Assembly (NCBI GenBank): GCA_964592255.1
Contig: CAZQCI010000006.1
Coordinates: 1 to 39,892, forward strand
Direction of reading: 5' to 3'
DNA: 39,892 bases
Origin: an uncultured Nitrospiraceae bacterium
GTDB lineage: Bacteria > UBA10199 > SBBF01
Of the stretch, positions 36,401 through 39,892 are shown piece by piece (within the stretch, counting starts at the first letter, position 1; each line of letters begins with the position of its first letter). A model generated the notes under the pieces. It made no database searches and had not been told where the DNA came from. It worked only from the letters and a program-made list of their open reading frames with translations. The position numbers and the translations under genes are program-made.

Positions 36401-36746
36401 AGGTGCAGGAGAAGTAAAAAGTCCAGGGGTTTTACAAACTTCCTTTAATCCGGATGTCGAGCAAGTTTTGACCGTGCAGATTGGTGGGGCCGCTACAGCA
36501 GAGCTTATGGATCTTGCCGCCTCTGGAGGGGTTGAACCAGAAGTCATAGACACCATTAACTCCGCAGTGCTTGGTGGCGATAGTGATGCCGCCTCTGATT
36601 TGGCTTTAAAAGTTTTGGGAGAAAATCCAGCAACCTGGGATAAAGCTCAAGGATTTGATTTAGCTTCTAACGCAACCGAAGAAGGAGGGATGGCTTTTGT
36701 CGGTTACACCACGCCGATTATTACCTTAGTTCCGATATTAGGATAA
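33423..36746 (+). CDS. large hypothetical protein (1107 aa) with Rossmann-like GxGxxG motifs
   Basis: Uninterrupted ORF with motifs WVIIGAGQMGQAYARTLL and LVLVGGFGEARKIL, an Ala/Ser/Gly-rich N-terminal ~120 aa, and no signal peptide or TM segment. Its GC is visibly higher than that of its neighbours. Confidence 0.5.
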   Translation: MLRGNFIAVIFMAPPGPVTLRSLFSATPSASGGVGDVDGTTLDAMATGLATNNPGVIYGIDSVTREALLRALGDASVGGMPLVGNLWTNQAAFSSAAREEADPSVSSLSPDLSVPGLRRYVALGDAYKVKTDPHSGKQSYARTSTGLHNWGELLEFISSALTESGEPSIELNINQSDFSTLRPPPDFLSAVRALLSSPEAQSKNLSLVLHGDFKDVPVIYRFKDGDMTVSSQDTSYPEAASFWADERVQEVWQTWGREHREYPALLNALQQTHVELGEAPLGDFLERVIEVYNQNMEFYPDKKIQDTGRGKIFDCIHQLQTKLREIAVAVAQEEGLVPPPAALTWDPVFDILNHHPSSHRQSWVIIGAGQMGQAYARTLLRRIDHGILDLDADIILVQSSTAVIDELNGPGTNVKQFPGIAVNPTNNRRFHVLNLSQRDEALRAYLDRSKQTGSTSKDQKVVLLTVRVHQLGQVLDQRLLSAVAELQPDALGTPLKSFKPEQDDEGILPFRDGQRVLEHASPGLGGRLVLVGGFGEARKILLGSADVSQTAAGGDETAVHLIADGLDISERYVGADMAAKVNIDGAAKNATIYASGRRLMARALANPSPAIHEDWADLQALLASEKARNITIQDEVGARLGPHHGLSLVHLPTSQGAKNDADYCLPRSTVFLIERVRPQVAKIIRTGDLNLLKQLIAEIEIDKEGIMGTRNTRDGYIDQILYTVYDSLVSSDKFTGDFATFYKTYHPWQGEKEQEGRKAIAALIGLAQKRGIILPRGIYEAWNFYHPENLIDIPPEAQRDDAGLDGARLQPVWGLPEPWLSGWWCVMHSIHGKYTNPAHRLKTPKPSRVAQDLRNLKTAILTLSTATSLESHHGQYPEVTSRLLIIAERLENLAKIFDINGFSEEKLSSSVKALRGILSEVQRTFEEDVNDVSVLLIHLMNIAQKIHSVERILAQDEKAQQKPAASRRRQSQPTASALGSHAGVVASMFMALQGAGEVKSPGVLQTSFNPDVEQVLTVQIGGAATAELMDLAASGGVEPEVIDTINSAVLGGDSDAASDLALKVLGENPATWDKAQGFDLASNATEEGGMAFVGYTTPIITLVPILG

Positions 36747-36781
36747 AATTTTAAGCTGGCTCAACACATTTTTGCTCTTGC

Positions 36782-38542
36782 TTGTCAAAATTCTGTTTTT
36801 GTTTTACAAGAAAAAAAATGAACATCACTCTTTCGGTTTCCCTTCTTCATCCTCAACATCATTATATTAATGTTTCTTATCGTATTAAGCGTGATGAAAC
36901 AGGGCCGTTGGTTTTGGTTTTTCCCGTGTGGTCGCCGGGCAGTTATCTGGTAAGGGAATATCAAGGGAATGTGGAGGATTTTCGGGTTACAACTTCTTTA
37001 GATAAAAAAATTACTTTTGAAAAAATTTCTAAAAATCGTTGGCGACTTTTTGCAGGTGAGGCCAAGGATATTCTCATTACATATCGTGTTTATACTAGTG
37101 AATTAAATGTCCGCTCTTGTTATGTGGATCATCGCTTTGGTTTTTTTAATCCCACTTCAGTTTTCTTTTATCCCGAAGGGGAGCTCAATAATCCCGTTAA
37201 ATTAAAAGTGACTCTTCCGCCCCGTTGGAAAATAGCGGTTACAGGTACCACGAAGACAGAAATCTTGTTTAAGGATTTTGATCACCTCTACGATACGCCC
37301 GTATTAGCAGGCTCGTCTTTGGTTTTTGAAAAATTTACTGTTGGTTCCACGCGTTATCGCATGGCTTTTTTTGGGGATCATTTTTCAAATACAAAACGTA
37401 TGGCCCAAGATGTTAAAGCCATTGTTACCGAGCAGAAAAAGATTTTTGGTAAAAATCCTTGTCGAGATTATCTCTTTCAAGTTCTTTTTGTTAAAGGAAA
37501 GTACGGTGGGTTGGAGCACGCGCATTCTTCCACAAATCTGTTCGACGGGTTAAGTTTGGATGATCCTAAAAGATATCGAGAATTTCTCTCCCTTCTTTCA
37601 CACGAGCATTTTCATCTTTGGAATGTTAAGCGCATTCGTCCTCTTGAATTGGGGCCTTTTGATTACGAAGCTGAAAACTACACGCAAGACCTTTGGTTAG
37701 CAGAAGGATTTACCAGCTATTATGATGATTTGTGTGTGCTGCGTGCCGGTAAGATGACTCAAAAAGATTATTGGGATGTTCTTTCCCAAAACATTAAAAA
37801 ATTTGAAAATCAGAAATCTAAATCCACCAATTCTCTTACCGATTCCAGTTTTGATTCGTGGATTCGTTTTTATCGCCCTACCGAAAACAGCCCCAATACC
37901 GTGATGAGCTATTATCTTAAAGGCTCTCTGGTTGCCCTTTGGCTTAATCTATTGATCTTAAAAAGTACTCAAGGTCGTAAAAGCCTTGATGATGTGATGA
38001 GAAAGCTATTCGAGCGTTATCAACAAAATCCACAATTAGGAATAACCCGAAATGAATTTTTGTCCCTTCTTAAGAAAACGGCGCCTCTTAACGTGCAGGC
38101 TTTTGAAAAAGATTATTTAACTGGTACCAAAAGTATTGTGTGGAAAGAATGGGCGACTTTTTTTGGTTTAACTTGGGAGCCCAATAAGAAACAAGCACCC
38201 TATTATTTAGGGATTAATCTTGAAAAAAGAAACGGCCGGATTTTTATTCGCTTCGTTGCGGAAGATTCTCCTGCTTACCATAGTGCTCTTCGTGCTGGGG
38301 ATGAATTACTTGCTATCAATGGTGAAAGAATAGAGGATGAAAAACAGTTAGACCCTTACCTTAAAAAGAAGAGTGCTATTCTTTTGTTTTCACGTTTTGG
38401 GAAAATAGGGGAGACTCAAGTCAATTTAGCCCCCAATAAGAATTTTGATTCTAAACTTATTGTATCACCCCGCCAAAGTAAGGCACAAAAAAAATTCCTT
38501 CGGACGTGGTTGAAGGCTCCTAGAGTACAATCCAAAGATTGA
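36782..38542 (+). CDS. M61-family glycyl aminopeptidase-like metallopeptidase with C-terminal PDZ domain
   Basis: Zinc motif HEHFHLWNVKRIRP with a downstream E, and a PDZ-like GINLEKRNGRIFIRFVAEDSPAYHSALRAGDELLAING. The start is probably the ATG at 36818. Confidence 0.6.
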   Translation: MSKFCFCFTRKKMNITLSVSLLHPQHHYINVSYRIKRDETGPLVLVFPVWSPGSYLVREYQGNVEDFRVTTSLDKKITFEKISKNRWRLFAGEAKDILITYRVYTSELNVRSCYVDHRFGFFNPTSVFFYPEGELNNPVKLKVTLPPRWKIAVTGTTKTEILFKDFDHLYDTPVLAGSSLVFEKFTVGSTRYRMAFFGDHFSNTKRMAQDVKAIVTEQKKIFGKNPCRDYLFQVLFVKGKYGGLEHAHSSTNLFDGLSLDDPKRYREFLSLLSHEHFHLWNVKRIRPLELGPFDYEAENYTQDLWLAEGFTSYYDDLCVLRAGKMTQKDYWDVLSQNIKKFENQKSKSTNSLTDSSFDSWIRFYRPTENSPNTVMSYYLKGSLVALWLNLLILKSTQGRKSLDDVMRKLFERYQQNPQLGITRNEFLSLLKKTAPLNVQAFEKDYLTGTKSIVWKEWATFFGLTWEPNKKQAPYYLGINLEKRNGRIFIRFVAEDSPAYHSALRAGDELLAINGERIEDEKQLDPYLKKKSAILLFSRFGKIGETQVNLAPNKNFDSKLIVSPRQSKAQKKFLRTWLKAPRVQSKD

Positions 38543-39485
38543 TCAGCAGGTAAGTTCCCACAAGAACAATCAGCGACAGGATGTCGAGTTTGCGTGAAGC
38601 CACTTCCTTACCCCGTGTATAAAGGGTAAGCGAAACAGTTGATTCCAGAATACTGAGGAAAATATAGACAATCGACAAAATATTTAATTTGTCGGCTAAA
38701 GTCAGTAGATTCGTATCAGGTAGTGATGAGCCGATAACATATTGGCTGGCTACCGCGGCAAAAATAGCGCCAATACCTAAACCAAAACGCGGGTCCAAAT
38801 CTGTCGGCTTGATGAGAAAAGATAAAAAAGAAATGAGTGTTGCAATAAAAACGCTTAAAAATAATTTTAAAAAATAACCATAACCGGGACGTTCAATAGA
38901 AAGAGAAAAAATATAGCGGGAGTAAGCTGATTCGTTATTGCTGGGGAGGGAAATATCTCCATAATTCGTTTTATAGCCGTGTGATTTTACATCTGCAGAT
39001 GATTTTCCTACTTTCCAACCGGGCACTTGAATGTCAGGGCTGAAGGAAGAATTTTCTGTATCGGCTACGAAACGCACTCTAAAATCTTCATTTTGTGAGT
39101 CTTCTACCTCGATAGTTAAATTATGGTTATCTAGTGGAAAGTGAGAAATTTCCCAAAATTTTGTGATGGTGGCTGTCACTCGCGCCACGGCGTAGTTGTA
39201 GCCTTCTACTTGGCTTGAATAAATCGTTTCCTTCGAATCTGTCCGCCCATTCACGACTTCAAATGTGTCGATAGGTTTAATGTCCGATCCTTTCCAGCGG
39301 AACCAAATGTAGAAATCCGTGGAAAATTGGTTTTCCTTAAGGCTTAGGGCGTAAACTTGATTAACGTAGATTCCTACATAGACATCCTGAACAGGAGGCT
39401 CTTTGTCCTCAGCAGCATAGATGGAGTTTGCAAAGATACAGAGGAACAATAAGAAAAATATTTTTTTCATAATTCGGAAAAGCAA
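38520..39485 (-). CDS. pentameric ligand-gated ion channel-like protein (prokaryotic Cys-loop receptor homolog)
   Basis: Signal peptide, a beta-rich extracellular domain of about 190 aa, then four TM helices. An SSLPDT motif closes M2, as in GLIC/ELIC, and the M3-M4 loop is short. Confidence 0.5.
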   Translation of the reverse strand: MLFRIMKKIFFLLFLCIFANSIYAAEDKEPPVQDVYVGIYVNQVYALSLKENQFSTDFYIWFRWKGSDIKPIDTFEVVNGRTDSKETIYSSQVEGYNYAVARVTATITKFWEISHFPLDNHNLTIEVEDSQNEDFRVRFVADTENSSFSPDIQVPGWKVGKSSADVKSHGYKTNYGDISLPSNNESAYSRYIFSLSIERPGYGYFLKLFLSVFIATLISFLSFLIKPTDLDPRFGLGIGAIFAAVASQYVIGSSLPDTNLLTLADKLNILSIVYIFLSILESTVSLTLYTRGKEVASRKLDILSLIVLVGTYLLINLWIVL

Positions 39486-39544
39486 ATGTAGCGATTTTTG
39501 AAAAAACTGTCTAATTAAAAGTTTGCATGTCCCGAACCGATTCC

Positions 39545-39892
39545 ATGTGTTGCCTGTTTTGCCGTCTGCCGCTCAAACTGTGCCTGTGCGCAGAGACCCC
39601 ACGCCTGGACCTTAAGACACGTGTTGTTATTTTTATGCAGCAGAGCGAGCACTACAAGGCCACCAATACCGGAGTACTGGCGCGCCGCGTGTTGGGCAAT
39701 TCCACCATCGTGATGCGTGGATCTACCAATCGCCACCAAACACAGAGTGAAGATTTCATATCTGACACTCGTTCGCCCCATTATGTTCTGTATCCGGAAG
39801 ACAACGCGGAACAACTTACAACCAGTTTTTTGGAGAACATAAAAAATCCCCTCACTCTCATTTGCCCGGATGGTCATTGGGGCCAGGCGCGC
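39545..39892 (+). CDS. DTW-domain protein (tRNA aminocarboxypropyltransferase TapT-like), 3'-truncated by window end
   Basis: Plus-strand translation gives an N-terminal Cys cluster CxxC..CxC, then QQSEHYKATNTGVL and ICPDGHWGQA, matching the DTW-domain motifs (DGTW variant). There is no stop before the window end. Confidence 0.55.
   Translation, partial: MCCLFCRLPLKLCLCAETPRLDLKTRVVIFMQQSEHYKATNTGVLARRVLGNSTIVMRGSTNRHQTQSEDFISDTRSPHYVLYPEDNAEQLTTSFLENIKNPLTLICPDGHWGQAR

Noticed and set aside
39515-39877. 120-aa minus-strand ORF at the window end
   Set aside because: The plus strand of the same region encodes a clean DTW-domain protein (Cys cluster, NTG and DGHW motifs) running off the window. 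The minus ORF has no motifs and is its antisense.
1-39892. CRISPR arrays, IS transposases, integrases, rRNA or tRNA genes
   Set aside because: No regularly spaced direct repeats, no DDE/tyrosine-recombinase ORFs, and no RNA gene signatures were seen on either strand.

Overview
This is a 39.9-kb stretch of a low-GC (about 40% by eye) bacterial chromosome. It is densely coded and has no rRNA, tRNA, CRISPR array or IS transposase. I recognise the following, in order.

1. cysD-cysN sit on the + strand, separated by an unusual GC-rich hairpin doublet.
2. A long minus-strand operon runs from about 9.9 kb down to 2.6 kb. Its leader is a clear SAM-I (S-box) riboswitch ending in an intrinsic terminator, and the operon encodes:
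   - cysK
   - a ThrC-like PLP enzyme
   - a NIL-domain protein
   - a CysM-like PLP enzyme
   - a JAMM/Mec-type metalloprotease
   - a MoaD/ThiS-like sulfur-carrier protein ending in GG plus one extra residue
   - a Usp protein
   - APS kinase CysC
   - an Fe-S-type APS reductase CysH
   - a 279-aa unknown protein
   Taken together this looks like a SAM-regulated, protein-thiocarboxylate-dependent cysteine/homocysteine biosynthetic system, and it is the main candidate system in the window.
3. gatB, an XRE regulator, mtnA and ilvE (methionine salvage) follow.
4. pgpA, a 583-aa Ser/Thr-rich low-complexity protein and a thrombospondin-type-3-repeat lipoprotein come next.
5. ogt and tadA are followed by a divergently arranged Phd/YefM-like antitoxin and RelE/ParE-like toxin.
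6. A heme cluster contains hemN, hemJ and hemH, a translationally coupled PLD-superfamily (double-HKD) protein, and a convergent HemD-HemE fusion.
7. An SPFH protein with a small membrane partner precedes a stand-alone EF-G paralog.
8. GGT and an ABC-2 transporter pair follow.
9. A vapBC module is followed by a 1107-aa orphan ORF with visibly higher GC and Rossmann-like GxGxxG motifs.
10. An M61-family peptidase with a PDZ domain is convergent with and overlaps a pentameric ligand-gated ion-channel-like protein.
11. A truncated DTW-domain (TapT-like) gene runs off the window end.

Superimposed on this are at least four families of small structured, MITE/REP-like palindromic elements in intergenic spacers. 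One of them has a 23-nt perfect copy, part of a roughly 42-nt homologous segment, lying in-frame inside the mtnA coding sequence.
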